NCBI GenBank assembly: GCA_963770835.1
Contig: CAVYRH010000004.1
Coordinates: 160,001 to 224,000, forward strand
From: an uncultured Pseudomonadota bacterium
GTDB lineage: Bacteria; Oederibacteriota; Muellerivitia; Muellerivitales; Muellerivitaceae
DNA length: 64,000 bases
Direction of reading: 5' to 3'
Of this stretch, positions 10,084 to 19,747 are shown piece by piece. The position numbers and the translations under genes are program-made. Numbering within the stretch: the stretch's first letter is position 1; every line of letters begins with the position of its first letter. The notes beneath the pieces are model-generated. The model was not told the origin of the DNA and ran no database searches. It saw only the letters and a program-made list of their open reading frames with translations.

Positions 10084-12191
10084 CGTTTTTTCCCTCGATT
10101 CCCAAAGTTATAAACGAACCCCGGAATAATCCTCAAAAACCCCGCTGAAAAACCCGCGAGGGCGAGAAGAGTGATGAAAAGCCCCAGGCGGAAGGTGGCG
10201 GGTTCATAGCGGAAATCCGCCTGCTGACCGCCTGATTCCACAGCCACGGCCATGAAAAGGCCGTAAGCCCTCAAAATGGGCGTGGGTTTTCCATCCACCC
10301 AGGCGTGCCATCCTGGTGCGTAGCTTTCATTAAATACCACATAACCCGGTGCCGGTGAATCGGTGAAAGCGAAGATCCAGTTTCCGGAGGGACGGTAAAT
10401 ATCCTTTGTCGGCCGAAGGGCCAGCAGCCGTGAAACCGGGGAAAGCTGAACGAGAGTTCTATCGGAATTCCTCTCCAAATAAATTTTCTCCCGCCATTGG
10501 CTGTTGGGCTGCGCCAGGACGTTGAGAAGGGAAGGGCGGTCGGGAAATTCCGCAGTTCCAGGAACCCGGCGCATATCCACGGAAGCTTGAGAATCCAGGG
10601 AGAGGAAATTTTTCCCTATTTTCCCAGCCAATCGGTATTTGGGGGCAGGAAGGGGCTGTGGCAGGAGAAAGGCGCGCACCCCGGCGATCTCCAAGAGGTC
10701 ACCCGAATAGGGGAATCCCAAGTTTAAGTAACGCATGGTGTCCTTCAAGTTCTCCGTCTGGAGGGAAAAATAACCGGTCACCGTTCTTAAGCCCCAAACC
10801 ATGTTGGTGTTGGGCAGGAGATTATCCGGGAAAACCCGGGACAGCCTTTCCTTCATTTCATCGTCCGTTTTTTCACCCGCCACGGACATGAAGAGGGAAG
10901 TTTGCAGGGCCAATAGTCTTTCTCCGTCGGCTTCCTTCTGGATTTCCCCCACTTGCCGCTGGAGGATCGGGTCCCGGTAAGGGTTCGGAATCCGGTCGGT
11001 CAGGCGGAAGGGTAACACCAATAGGTCCACAAGCCACAGGGCGGCGAGGACCCAAACCCAGGAGGTCTTTTTTATTCCTTCCGCGGATGGGTCCGCCGGG
11101 TTCCCCAGGAAACGGCAAAGGGAGGTACAAGCGGCGAAAAGAAAAAGCCCCACCGCTTTGGAAGGTTCCAGGAGGTTAAAGGCCGTGGCCGGTATGAGCT
11201 TCCACAAGAAAAGGGAGGGCCCGGCCATCCACACGAGCAGCAGAAGCGACAAGGGCCCCCAAAACCCGGCGCGGGTTCTTTTAAACACAAGGGATGCCAT
11301 CCAAACCAGGCATGGGATGAGGCCGAAGTAAAGGTCGCCGAAGAGGGAGTTGGTGGAATCACTCCGGTAGTCGGAAGCGCCTGGAACCCCCAAGAACGTG
11401 GGATGAAAGAGGGTCAGGTATTCCCAAGGATGGGTGTAATAGGGGAACAGGTTCCAATGGTCGTGGGTGGTGTAGGTTAAAAATTCAAAAAAAGGAAACC
11501 ACTGAAGGGATGTCAAAAGAAGCGAAGCTCCCAAGAGAATCACCACCCGGCCGATGACAGACGCTAAAGGGTGCTCCAAAGCCATCCAAAACAAAAGAAC
11601 AACCCAGGTGTAAAAGACAAAGGTGGGATATCCAGCCAAGAGTTGGAGGCTCAAGACGGCCACCGCCAGCAAGGATTCCTTCAGCCTTCGATGTTGGAGG
11701 GCCTGGTGGACGGACAGGAAAACCCAGGGGATCCAGCTTGCGGTGGCGATGAAAGGGAGGTTGATCCAACAACGGATGAAATGGGCCGAACCCGCGAAGG
11801 AAAGGGCGCCCAAGGCCGCGACCCACCCCCCGCTTTTCTGGGACCGGGCCCAAAAAAAGAATCCCACGTAGGCCCAGGCCTCGTGCAAGAGCGCGAGCCA
11901 AACCAGCCCATGGGGAAGGCCCAGGGTGTTTAAAAGCCAATAAGGCGGGTAAAAAAAGGCCGACTGCCAATTGGCCAGGTGGGGTATGCCGCAGCTGAGA
12001 TAAGGGTTCCAGAGGGGGATTAGCCCTGCCCGGAGACTTTCCAGGTTAAAGGCCCTCTCCGGATAGACGTAAGCCAGGATGTCATTGTGAAAGGGAAGCC
12101 GGTTCCCCAGCCAAAGGGCGGAGGCGGCCAGGGTTAACAAATAAAGTCCGGGCATCCATTTAGAGGAGAGGGGAAAAGGATACTTAACCAA
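10080..12191 (-). CDS. YfhO-family polytopic membrane protein (GT-C-like glycosyltransferase)
   Basis: PLWNPY..CGIP.LA..Q...FYPP at the N-terminus and ESYAPGWHAWVDG...FRYEP at the C-terminus; many TM segments. Confidence 0.88.
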   Translation of the reverse strand: MVKYPFPLSSKWMPGLYLLTLAASALWLGNRLPFHNDILAYVYPERAFNLESLRAGLIPLWNPYLSCGIPHLANWQSAFFYPPYWLLNTLGLPHGLVWLALLHEAWAYVGFFFWARSQKSGGWVAALGALSFAGSAHFIRCWINLPFIATASWIPWVFLSVHQALQHRRLKESLLAVAVLSLQLLAGYPTFVFYTWVVLLFWMALEHPLASVIGRVVILLGASLLLTSLQWFPFFEFLTYTTHDHWNLFPYYTHPWEYLTLFHPTFLGVPGASDYRSDSTNSLFGDLYFGLIPCLVWMASLVFKRTRAGFWGPLSLLLLVWMAGPSLFLWKLIPATAFNLLEPSKAVGLFLFAACTSLCRFLGNPADPSAEGIKKTSWVWVLAALWLVDLLVLPFRLTDRIPNPYRDPILQRQVGEIQKEADGERLLALQTSLFMSVAGEKTDDEMKERLSRVFPDNLLPNTNMVWGLRTVTGYFSLQTENLKDTMRYLNLGFPYSGDLLEIAGVRAFLLPQPLPAPKYRLAGKIGKNFLSLDSQASVDMRRVPGTAEFPDRPSLLNVLAQPNSQWREKIYLERNSDRTLVQLSPVSRLLALRPTKDIYRPSGNWIFAFTDSPAPGYVVFNESYAPGWHAWVDGKPTPILRAYGLFMAVAVESGGQQADFRYEPATFRLGLFITLLALAGFSAGFLRIIPGFVYNFGNRGKKR

Positions 12192-12366
12192 TTGTATTTA
12201 TCCCCTGGGAGCATGAAAAATAGCCGGGGAAACAACGTTCCGGGCTTGAAAGCCGGGATGGAGCCCCGATCGATCAGAAACCATTATAACGGGTGGGCAT
12301 CTTTTTGACCGGGGGTCCATGCTAGAATACGCCCCCTGTCGGGCAAACTTTACGAGGAGGCGGGTC

Positions 12367-13809
12367 ATGGCGGCTACAGCGGAACAAGTGAAGCAAGCGG
12401 ATTTCGGGGTGCTGGGGATCGCGGTAATGGGTGAGAACCTGGCCATGAATATCGAGGACCACGGCTTTTCGGTGGCCGTCTGCAACCTCCGGAGCGACCG
12501 GGTGACGCCCTTCATGAAGCGTAACGCGGGAAAGAAATTCGTCGGCGCCCATACCCTGGAGGACTTCGTGAAGGCCCTGAAGCCGCCCCGCCGCGTCATG
12601 CTGATGGTCAAGGCCGGGGACCCGGTGGATGACGCCATCAAACTGTTGAAGCCCCTCCTGTCCAAGGGCGACATCATCATCGACGGCGGCAATTCCTGGT
12701 TCAAGGACACCCAGCGCCGGGAAGCCGAACTGACCAAGGAAGGTTTTTACTTTTTCGGCGCCGGAGTCTCGGGCGGCGAGGAAGGGGCCCGCTTCGGACC
12801 CTCCATCATGCCGGGCGGAAGCCCCCAGGCCTACGAGTTCGTGCGGCCGGTTTTCGAGGCCATCTCCGCCAAGACCGAGTCGGGCCCCTGCGTCACCCAT
12901 TGCGGCCCGGACGGGGCCGGCCATTTCGTGAAGATGGTGCACAACGGCATCGAGTACGGCGATATGCAATTGATCGCCGAGGCCTACGATATCCTGCGCA
13001 AAGTGCTCGGACTTTCCGCCGCCGAGTTGGCGGATATCTTCAATGGGTGGAATAAAGGGATCCTGGATTCCTTCCTCATTGAACTCACCGCCAAGGTTTT
13101 CACCGTCAAGGACGACGAGACGGGCAAGCCCCTAGTGGACATGATCCTGGACAAGGCGGGCCAAAAAGGAACGGGCAAGTGGACCGCCCAAATCGCGCTG
13201 GACTTGGGAATCCAAATCCCCACCATTGTCGCGGCTTTGGATGGGCGCGGCATGTCGAGCATTAAGGAAGAAAGGGTGGAGGTCAGCAAGCAAATCAAGG
13301 GTCCCACCATCTCCTATAAAGAAGATAAGAAGCAACTCATCGACGCCGTACGGGACGCACTTTACGATTCCAAGGTTTGCTCCTACACCCAGGGGATGAG
13401 GCTTATCAAGGCCGCCTCGGATGAGTACAAATGGGGCGTAAATTTGAAGGAAATGGCCCGCATTTGGAAGGGCGGGTGCATCATCCGGGCTAAACTCCTG
13501 GATGAGATCATGCAGGCTTACGGCCGTAACCCCAATCTGCAGTCCCTTTTGTTGGATGAGTCCTTTAAAAAGCGCATCGAATCCACACAAAGCAATTGGC
13601 GCAAGGCGGTTTCGGTGGCGGTGGCCAACGGCATCCCGGTGCCAGCCATGGGGGCCAGTCTGTCGTACTTTGATTCCTACCGTACGGCGGACCTGCCGCA
13701 AAACCTGACCCAGGCCCAGCGGGATTTCTTCGGGGCCCATACCTACCAAAGGGTCGACCATCCGGAGCGAGGATTCCTCCATACCGATTGGCTGTCAAAA
13801 ACGAAGTAA
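12367..13809 (+). CDS. gnd: NADP-dependent 6-phosphogluconate dehydrogenase, decarboxylating
   Basis: GIAVMGENLA, DGGNS, GVSGGEEGA, KMVHNGIEY, QKGTG and QAQRDFFGAHTY; GAGGAGG RBS before ATG 12367; extended -10 TGcTAGAAT at 12320-12328. Confidence 0.97.
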   Translation: MAATAEQVKQADFGVLGIAVMGENLAMNIEDHGFSVAVCNLRSDRVTPFMKRNAGKKFVGAHTLEDFVKALKPPRRVMLMVKAGDPVDDAIKLLKPLLSKGDIIIDGGNSWFKDTQRREAELTKEGFYFFGAGVSGGEEGARFGPSIMPGGSPQAYEFVRPVFEAISAKTESGPCVTHCGPDGAGHFVKMVHNGIEYGDMQLIAEAYDILRKVLGLSAAELADIFNGWNKGILDSFLIELTAKVFTVKDDETGKPLVDMILDKAGQKGTGKWTAQIALDLGIQIPTIVAALDGRGMSSIKEERVEVSKQIKGPTISYKEDKKQLIDAVRDALYDSKVCSYTQGMRLIKAASDEYKWGVNLKEMARIWKGGCIIRAKLLDEIMQAYGRNPNLQSLLLDESFKKRIESTQSNWRKAVSVAVANGIPVPAMGASLSYFDSYRTADLPQNLTQAQRDFFGAHTYQRVDHPERGFLHTDWLSKTK

Positions 13810-13879
13810 TTTCAGCGAAACCTTGTCCTCCACCCCCTCGTCTAAAGAGGGTGGGACAAACACCACTAAGGAGGAGAGA

Positions 13880-14446
13880 ATGAACTTTAAAGCTTTGATG
13901 TTGGGTTTAGTCTTGGCGGCCTTGGCTTTTGGCCAAGCTTCGGCCCAGAGCTTCGATTTGGGAGTAGAAGCGGGAGCGAACTTCTCAAATTTCATCGGAA
14001 GCGCAGCCCCCAGCGGGAACTTCAACAGCGACAAGCTGGGATTCGTGGGTGGCGGGTTTTTGTGCCTGAATTTCGGGAGTTCCTTTGGAATCCGTCCCGA
14101 GGTTCTTTACGAGCAAAAGGGCAACCAGATTTCAGGGACTAGCACCACCACTGAACTGGATTACATCGAAATACCGGTGCTTTTGAAGCTTTCCCTGGGA
14201 ACGCCGGTTTTCAACCCGTCGATTCTTTTGGGCCCTTCCTTTTCGTGGAATTTGCTGGCCCAAGGCGGCGGGGTTAATATCAACGGCGTCAACAGCTCCG
14301 ATACGGGGTTGGTCGGCGGAGTGGAATTTGATTTCAGCAAGTTCCTCATATCCGGCCGGTACGAATTGGGATTGGATAATGTGAAGAGCGATTCCAACGT
14401 CCAAAACGGAACCCTTACATTCCTGATCGGTTATAATTTCATGTAA
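13880..14446 (+). CDS. Small outer-membrane beta-barrel protein (PorT/OMP_b-brl_2-like porin family)
   Basis: Signal peptide; G..AG.N.S, RPEVLYEQKG, LDYIEIPVLLK, RYELGL and terminal GYNF; AAGGAGG RBS. Confidence 0.85.
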   Translation: MNFKALMLGLVLAALAFGQASAQSFDLGVEAGANFSNFIGSAAPSGNFNSDKLGFVGGGFLCLNFGSSFGIRPEVLYEQKGNQISGTSTTTELDYIEIPVLLKLSLGTPVFNPSILLGPSFSWNLLAQGGGVNINGVNSSDTGLVGGVEFDFSKFLISGRYELGLDNVKSDSNVQNGTLTFLIGYNFM

Positions 14447-14473
14447 CTGGTGGTTTAGATGAGCAGGACCATG

Positions 14474-14506
14474 ACAAAAGGCCCGGGAGGTTCCCGGGCC
14501 TTTTGT
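14474..14506. terminator. Rho-independent terminator (bidirectional shape)
   Basis: ACAAAAGGCCCGGGA-ggt-TCCCGGGCCTTTTGT, a perfect 15-bp IR. Confidence 0.9.
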
Positions 14507-14552
14507 ATTTGTGGCTATTGCTGGTATTCCAGCTTTCAAGGGCTCCCAGGGC

Positions 14553-14570
14553 TTGTGAAATCTTTCACAC
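14553..14570. promoter_or_regulatory. Rex-type operator 1 (also fits CRP-type TGTGA-N6-TCACA)
   Basis: TTGTGAA-ATCT-TTCACAC versus Rex consensus TTGTGAA-N4-TTCACAA; upstream of nuoA. Confidence 0.8.
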
Positions 14571-14635
14571 CCTCATTTGTCAAACGCTCCGTTAAGGGCA
14601 AAAAACGGCAAATTTAGGAACTCGAAAAGCCTAGT

Positions 14636-14653
14636 TTGTGAAATGTTTCACAT
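14636..14653. promoter_or_regulatory. Rex-type operator 2 abutting the nuo promoter -35
   Basis: TTGTGAA-ATGT-TTCACAT. Confidence 0.82.
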
Positions 14654-14682
14654 TGATTCTTCCATCTAAAAGTCCTTATAAT
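14653..14682 (+). promoter_or_regulatory. Sigma70-type promoter of the nuo operon
   Basis: TTGATT (14653-14658), 18-nt spacer, TATAAT (14677-14682). Confidence 0.7.
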
Positions 14683-14766
14683 CCAGCCAATTCCACCCTT
14701 TCTCCTCCTGCAATCCTCTCCAAAATCCTGAAAAGGTGGCATTAAACCTCCCACCGGGGCCAGCAC

Positions 14767-15144
14767 ATGAATTTTGAAATGATTCAAAATCTTTTGCCTT
14801 TAGCCCTGGCCTTCGTACTGGCTCTCGCGGTACCGGCGGCCATGTTTATCCTGTCGGCTTTCCTGGGACCCCGCCGCGACAACGAGGCGAAACTTTCCTC
14901 GTATGAGTGCGGCATCCAGGCCGAGGCGGTTTCGGGCGACGCCCGCCACCATTTCAACGTGAAGTTCTACCTGATCGCCATGTGCTTCCTGGTCTTCGAC
15001 GTGGAGGTTGTTTTCCTTTTACCATGGGCCGTATTGTTCCAGAAGATGGCCTGGGGAGGGTTCTTTTCCATGCTGGCCTTCCTGGGTGTCCTGGCTTTCG
15101 GCTGGTTTTACCTCTTGAAAAGGGGGGCACTGGAATGGGAATGA
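14767..15144 (+). CDS. nuoA: NADH-quinone oxidoreductase subunit A
   Basis: [22 protein letters not shown] and KRGALEW. Confidence 0.96.
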   Translation: MNFEMIQNLLPLALAFVLALAVPAAMFILSAFLGPRRDNEAKLSSYECGIQAEAVSGDARHHFNVKFYLIAMCFLVFDVEVVFLLPWAVLFQKMAWGGFFSMLAFLGVLAFGWFYLLKRGALEWE

Positions 15145-15644
15145 CAGGCGAAGGTTTTCCGGCCATCACCACCCGCAGGGACGCGGTCGTCGCCTGGGGA
15201 CAGAAAAATTCCCTGTGGCCCATGCCCTTCGGCACGGCCTGCTGCGCCATCGAGTTCATGGGCGTGGCCGCCTCCGTTTTTGACATCTCCCGCTTCGGCG
15301 CCGAACTGGTCCGCTTTTCCCCGCGCCAAGCCGACCTTCTTTTGGTGGCGGGCACCGTCACCTTCAAGCAGGCTCCCATCCTGAAACAAATTTATGAGCA
15401 GATGTGTGAGCCCAAGTGGGTCATCTCCATGGGCGTCTGCGCTTCCGCCGGCGGGTTCTACAATAACTACTGCACGGTGCAGGGCATCGACCAGGTGATC
15501 CCCGTGGATGTTTATATCTCCGGCTGCCCCCCCCGTCCCGAGGCCATCCTGCAAGGGGTCCTGAAACTCCAGCATAAGATCGCGAACCCCAAGGCGGTTC
15601 CTCCGGCGCAGTTCAAGGTGAAAGAGCCTCATTTCGACTACTAA
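15141..15644 (+). CDS. nuoB: NADH-quinone oxidoreductase subunit B
   Basis: [23 protein letters not shown] and [17 protein letters not shown] 15141 overlaps the nuoA stop (ATGA). Confidence 0.96.
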   Translation: MTGEGFPAITTRRDAVVAWGQKNSLWPMPFGTACCAIEFMGVAASVFDISRFGAELVRFSPRQADLLLVAGTVTFKQAPILKQIYEQMCEPKWVISMGVCASAGGFYNNYCTVQGIDQVIPVDVYISGCPPRPEAILQGVLKLQHKIANPKAVPPAQFKVKEPHFDY

Positions 15645-15691
15645 AGCCAGCTCACAGTCGACGGTTCACAGTTCACAGGTAAGGCGAAAAG

Positions 15692-16231
15692 ATGAACAAC
15701 GAAAACCTATTAGCGAAATTAACCCAAAAGCATCCCGAAGCCTTGTTGGGTTCGGTGGACCGTTTTGGCGCGCTTGAAATTCAAGTCGCGGGCGAATCCA
15801 TCGCCGAAGTTGTCGTGACCCTGCGGGACGATCCGGACTTCTCCTTTAACATGCTCGTCGACCTGGTTTCCATCGATTATTCCGCCTACCAAGGTTGGAC
15901 GGGCGAGAGGTTCGGCCTGGCCTACCTCTTCAAGTCCCTGACCCTGGGCCACCGCCTGCAGTTGAAAGTGTCTGTGCCCGAGGATGAACCGATCGCACCG
16001 ACGATTTCCACGCTTTACGCCAATGCCAATTGGCTGGAAAGGGAGGCTTACGACCAAATGGGAATCCGCTTCGCCCACCATCCCAACCTGAAACGGATCC
16101 TGAACCACCACGAGTTCGTGGGGCATCCCTTGCGGAAGGATTATCCCATCACCAAACGCCAATGGCTTTCGGCCAACGAGTCCCTGATGGATGAGATGGA
16201 AGTACGGTTGAAGGCGAAGGGCTACGAATGA
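15692..16231 (+). CDS. nuoC: NADH-quinone oxidoreductase subunit C
   Basis: ANWLEREAYD, HPNLKRIL and GHPLRKDYP. Confidence 0.96.
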   Translation: MNNENLLAKLTQKHPEALLGSVDRFGALEIQVAGESIAEVVVTLRDDPDFSFNMLVDLVSIDYSAYQGWTGERFGLAYLFKSLTLGHRLQLKVSVPEDEPIAPTISTLYANANWLEREAYDQMGIRFAHHPNLKRILNHHEFVGHPLRKDYPITKRQWLSANESLMDEMEVRLKAKGYE

Positions 16232-17482
16232 ACAACATTGATCCCCAAACCCTGCTTCCCAAAACCAACGACGAAAACTCCGCGTCCGGCTTAGATTCGG
16301 CAAGACACAAAGACAGGAAAGACCTGGTTTTCGTCAACCTGGGCCCCAGCCACCCCGCCACCCACGGCTGCCTGCGGGCCCTTTGCGCCCTGGACGGGGA
16401 AACCATCGTGGCCGCCGTGACCGAAATGGGTTACCTGCACCGGGGTTTCGAGAAAGACTGCGAAGTCCACACCTTCCAACAAGTCATTCCCTACACCGAC
16501 CGGCTCAATTATGTTTCTGCCATCATGAATAACGTGGGTTACTGCAAGGCCGTGGAACGGATGCTGGGCATCCAAATCCCCGACCGGGCGGCCTATATCC
16601 GCGTCATTACTTGCGAGTTCAACCGCATCATCGACCACTTGGTCTGCGTGGGCGCCAACCTGGTGGACATCGGGGCCCTGACCAATTTCTGGTACTCCTT
16701 CAACGCCCGCGAGAAGGTCTACGACATCCTGGAAAAGCTCTGCGGGGCCCGGCTGACCTCCAGCTACACCCGTATTGGGGGTCTTTCCCGGGACGTTTAT
16801 CCCGCTTTCGGCGACGAAGTGAGGGCGGTGCTGAAGGATATTAAAAAGAGCGTCTCCGAAATCACCAAACTAATTTCCAAAAACCGCATTTTCCTGGACC
16901 GTACCCAGGGCGTCTGCGTCGTCTCCAAGGAAAAGGCCATTTCCTACGGCTGGACCGGGCCGACGCTCAGGGCCTGTGGGGTGGAATACGACCTGCGCAA
17001 GGCGGACCCCTATTACCACTACGAGGATTTCAAGTTCGAAGTGCCGGTGGGCACCAAGGGCGATATCTACGACCGCATCTTCGTGCGGCTCTACGAGATC
17101 GAGGAATCCATCGAGCATCATCGAACAAGCCCTGAGGAAACTCCCCAAGGGACCCATCCTGACCGACGACAAGCGGGTGGCCCTTCCTCCCAAACAGCAG
17201 ACCTACGGCAATATCGAGGGGCTGATGAACCACTTCAAGATCATCATGCACGGCATCTGCCCGGAACCGGGCGAGGTTTATGACTTCACCGAGGCTGCCA
17301 ACGGCGAACTGGGGTTTTATATCGTTGCCGACGGGGGCAAGAATCCCTACCGCATCAAGTGCCGCCCACCCTGCTTCATGAACTTCGCGGCCTTCCACGA
17401 GATGATCGAGGGCGGCATGATCGCGGACGCCATCGCGAATTTGGGATCGATCAACATCATTGCCGGAGAGCTGGACCGGTAA
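16228..17482 (+). CDS. nuoD: NADH-quinone oxidoreductase subunit D, split by a +1 frameshift near 17113
   Basis: NLGPSHPATHG, GYLHRGFEK and YTDRLNY in the first frame; ...SIIEQAL...EAANGELG...GELDR in the next frame. Removing one base in ATC-G-AGC restores EESISIIEQA. Confidence 0.93.
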
Positions 17483-17507
17483 ACGGAATAAAAAACCCGA
17501 GGGTGTA

Positions 17508-17987
17508 ATGGCCGTTCAGTTTAAAAAAGAAACGAAGAACGAGTTCGAGACGATTGCCGCCCGATACCCGGTGCGGCGCGCGGCGCTGTTGCCCGCCCTG
17601 TGGCTAGCCCAGCGGGAATTCGGCTTCATCTCCGTGGACGCCATGAAGGCGGTAGCCGAGATGGTGGGTTGTTCCCCGGCCCAAGTGCTGGAGACCGCCA
17701 GCTTTTACACCATGTACCACAAGGAAAAGCCGGGCAAGTACCACCTGCAAGTCTGCCAGACCATCTCTTGCCTCTTAAACGGGTCGGAAGAGATCAAGAA
17801 GACCATTGAAGCGAAGCTCAACCTGAAGCCGGGACAAGTAACACCCGACGGGCAGTTCAGCTACCAGCCTGTGGAATGCCTGGCGGCGTGCCATAACGGG
17901 CCCTGCATGCGGGTGAATGATGACTACCACGAAAACCTGACGCCCGAAGGCGTTGGGAAACTGATTGATGAACTGAAGAGAAAATGA
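17508..17987 (+). CDS. nuoE: NADH-quinone oxidoreductase subunit E
   Basis: ASFYTMY, VCQTISC and VECLAAC (2Fe-2S ligands). Confidence 0.95.
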   Translation: MAVQFKKETKNEFETIAARYPVRRAALLPALWLAQREFGFISVDAMKAVAEMVGCSPAQVLETASFYTMYHKEKPGKYHLQVCQTISCLLNGSEEIKKTIEAKLNLKPGQVTPDGQFSYQPVECLAACHNGPCMRVNDDYHENLTPEGVGKLIDELKRK

Positions 17988-18451
17988 ACATTATGAAAGG
18001 CCTTCTTGGAAGAAAGGGACTTGTTTTTGCGGCGATCCTTTTTGCTGTGCATTGCACGCCAGCTCGGGCGGAGGAATTATCAAGTGGGAACGAGGTCGTT
18101 AATTACGGGGTTGGAGTGACGTTCACCGGAAAGATCGCAACCCGGTTGGAATATGGAGCACCGGGTTTTGGGGAGGACCCAAAGACAGACGCAAAGGAAA
18201 ACATCTTCTTGTTGGTGTTGGATAAACCCATTGATGTTCATGTGGATCAGAGCCGTCCGGGCGATGTTACCGATACGAATGATTTCGATGGAGTGAAAGA
18301 AATGCAGGTGGTTTTTACCGGCAAAAGAATGTTTTCGAAAAAAATAATAGGGAAGAAGGTCAAAGTGACCGGAACATTATTCCAAGCTCATACCGGCCAT
18401 CATCATACGGACGTTTTAATCGAAGTAGATACTGTAGAAAGATTGAAGTGA
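17984..18451 (+). CDS. DUF4431-like exported protein inserted in the nuo operon
   Basis: Signal peptide; YGAPGFGEDP..D, LVLDKPI and VTGTLFQAHTGHHHTDVL; visibly AT-richer codons than its neighbours. Confidence 0.75.
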   Translation: MNIMKGLLGRKGLVFAAILFAVHCTPARAEELSSGNEVVNYGVGVTFTGKIATRLEYGAPGFGEDPKTDAKENIFLLVLDKPIDVHVDQSRPGDVTDTNDFDGVKEMQVVFTGKRMFSKKIIGKKVKVTGTLFQAHTGHHHTDVLIEVDTVERLK

Positions 18452-18466
18452 ACCCGGAGCGAATCA

Positions 18467-19747
18467 TTGCCTGACTTTCAACCTCAATTAACCAAACGTT
18501 TCGGACTCAAGGACAGCCATATGCTCAAGGTATTCCTTGAGACGGGTGGCTATGCGTCCTTGAAGAACCTTTTCGCCAAGAAGCCAGCCGAAGTCATCGA
18601 GGAAGTGAAGGCCTCCGGCCTCAAGGGCCGCGGTGGGGCCGGGTTCCCGTGTGGTATGAAATGGTCCTTTGTGCCCCAGAACACGGGCAAACCAATCTAC
18701 CTGGCGGTCAATGCCGACGAGGGCGAACCGGGGACCTTCACCGACAATTACATGCTCTTAAACGACCCTCATCTTTTATTAGAAGGCATCCTATGCGCTT
18801 GTTATGCCATCAACAGCCATACGGCTTATATTTATGTCCGGGGTGAGTTTTATGCGCATATCCAGCGGCTGAACGCTGCCATTGATGAAGCCCGGAAAGC
18901 TGGATATTTAGGGAAAAACATCCAGGGTTCGGGTTTCGATCTGGAAGTTTACGTGCACCGGGGTGCGGGGGCCTATATCTGCGGCGAGGAAACCGGGCTT
19001 TTAGAATCGCTTGAGGGAAAACCCGGAAAACCGCGCATTAAGCCGCCTTTTCCGGCGGTGGTCGGACTCTTCGGTTGCCCCACCATCGTCAACAACGTGA
19101 AAACCCTGGCTTCCGTCCCTTGGATCATCGCCAACGGTGCGCCGGCCTATGCCGTCATCGGTACCAAGGAATCCACCGGCACCCACGTCTTCGGACTCTC
19201 GGGCCACGTGAACCAGACCGGCTATTGGGAAATGCCCTTCGGCCTTCCCATGATGGAATTCATCAACAACTACGGCAAGGGAGTGAAGGGCGGGGCGCTC
19301 AAGGCTGTCATTCCCGGCGGTTCTTCCTGCCCTGTACTAACTGCCAAGGAATGCGAAGACTTGACCCTTACATATGAAAGTATGCGGGACCACAAAACCA
19401 TGTTCGGAACAGGTTGCGCCATCGTGATGAACGAGCACACCGATATGGTGAAGGTTTTGAAAAATCTGACCCATTTTTATTCCCACGAGTCCTGCGGCCA
19501 GTGCACGCCCTGCCGGGAAGGGACAGCCTGGGAAGACCGGCTGATGAAGAAGTTTTTGAACGGGGAAGCCACGACCCAGGAATTGGGAATGATGCTGGAG
19601 ATCGCCGACAACATGGAGGGCAAGACCATCTGCGTTCTTTCGGCGGCCCTGGCCATGCCGGTCCGAAGTTTCATCCAGAAATTCCGGCCGGATTTTGAGA
19701 AATATTGCAAGCCGACCTCAGTGGCCGTGCCGGAGGCGGTTTCCTAA
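18467..19747 (+). CDS. nuoF: NADH-quinone oxidoreductase subunit F
   Basis: GLKGRGGAGFP, NADEGEPGT, GAGAYICGEET and HESCGQCTPCREG. Confidence 0.97.
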   Translation: MPDFQPQLTKRFGLKDSHMLKVFLETGGYASLKNLFAKKPAEVIEEVKASGLKGRGGAGFPCGMKWSFVPQNTGKPIYLAVNADEGEPGTFTDNYMLLNDPHLLLEGILCACYAINSHTAYIYVRGEFYAHIQRLNAAIDEARKAGYLGKNIQGSGFDLEVYVHRGAGAYICGEETGLLESLEGKPGKPRIKPPFPAVVGLFGCPTIVNNVKTLASVPWIIANGAPAYAVIGTKESTGTHVFGLSGHVNQTGYWEMPFGLPMMEFINNYGKGVKGGALKAVIPGGSSCPVLTAKECEDLTLTYESMRDHKTMFGTGCAIVMNEHTDMVKVLKNLTHFYSHESCGQCTPCREGTAWEDRLMKKFLNGEATTQELGMMLEIADNMEGKTICVLSAALAMPVRSFIQKFRPDFEKYCKPTSVAVPEAVS

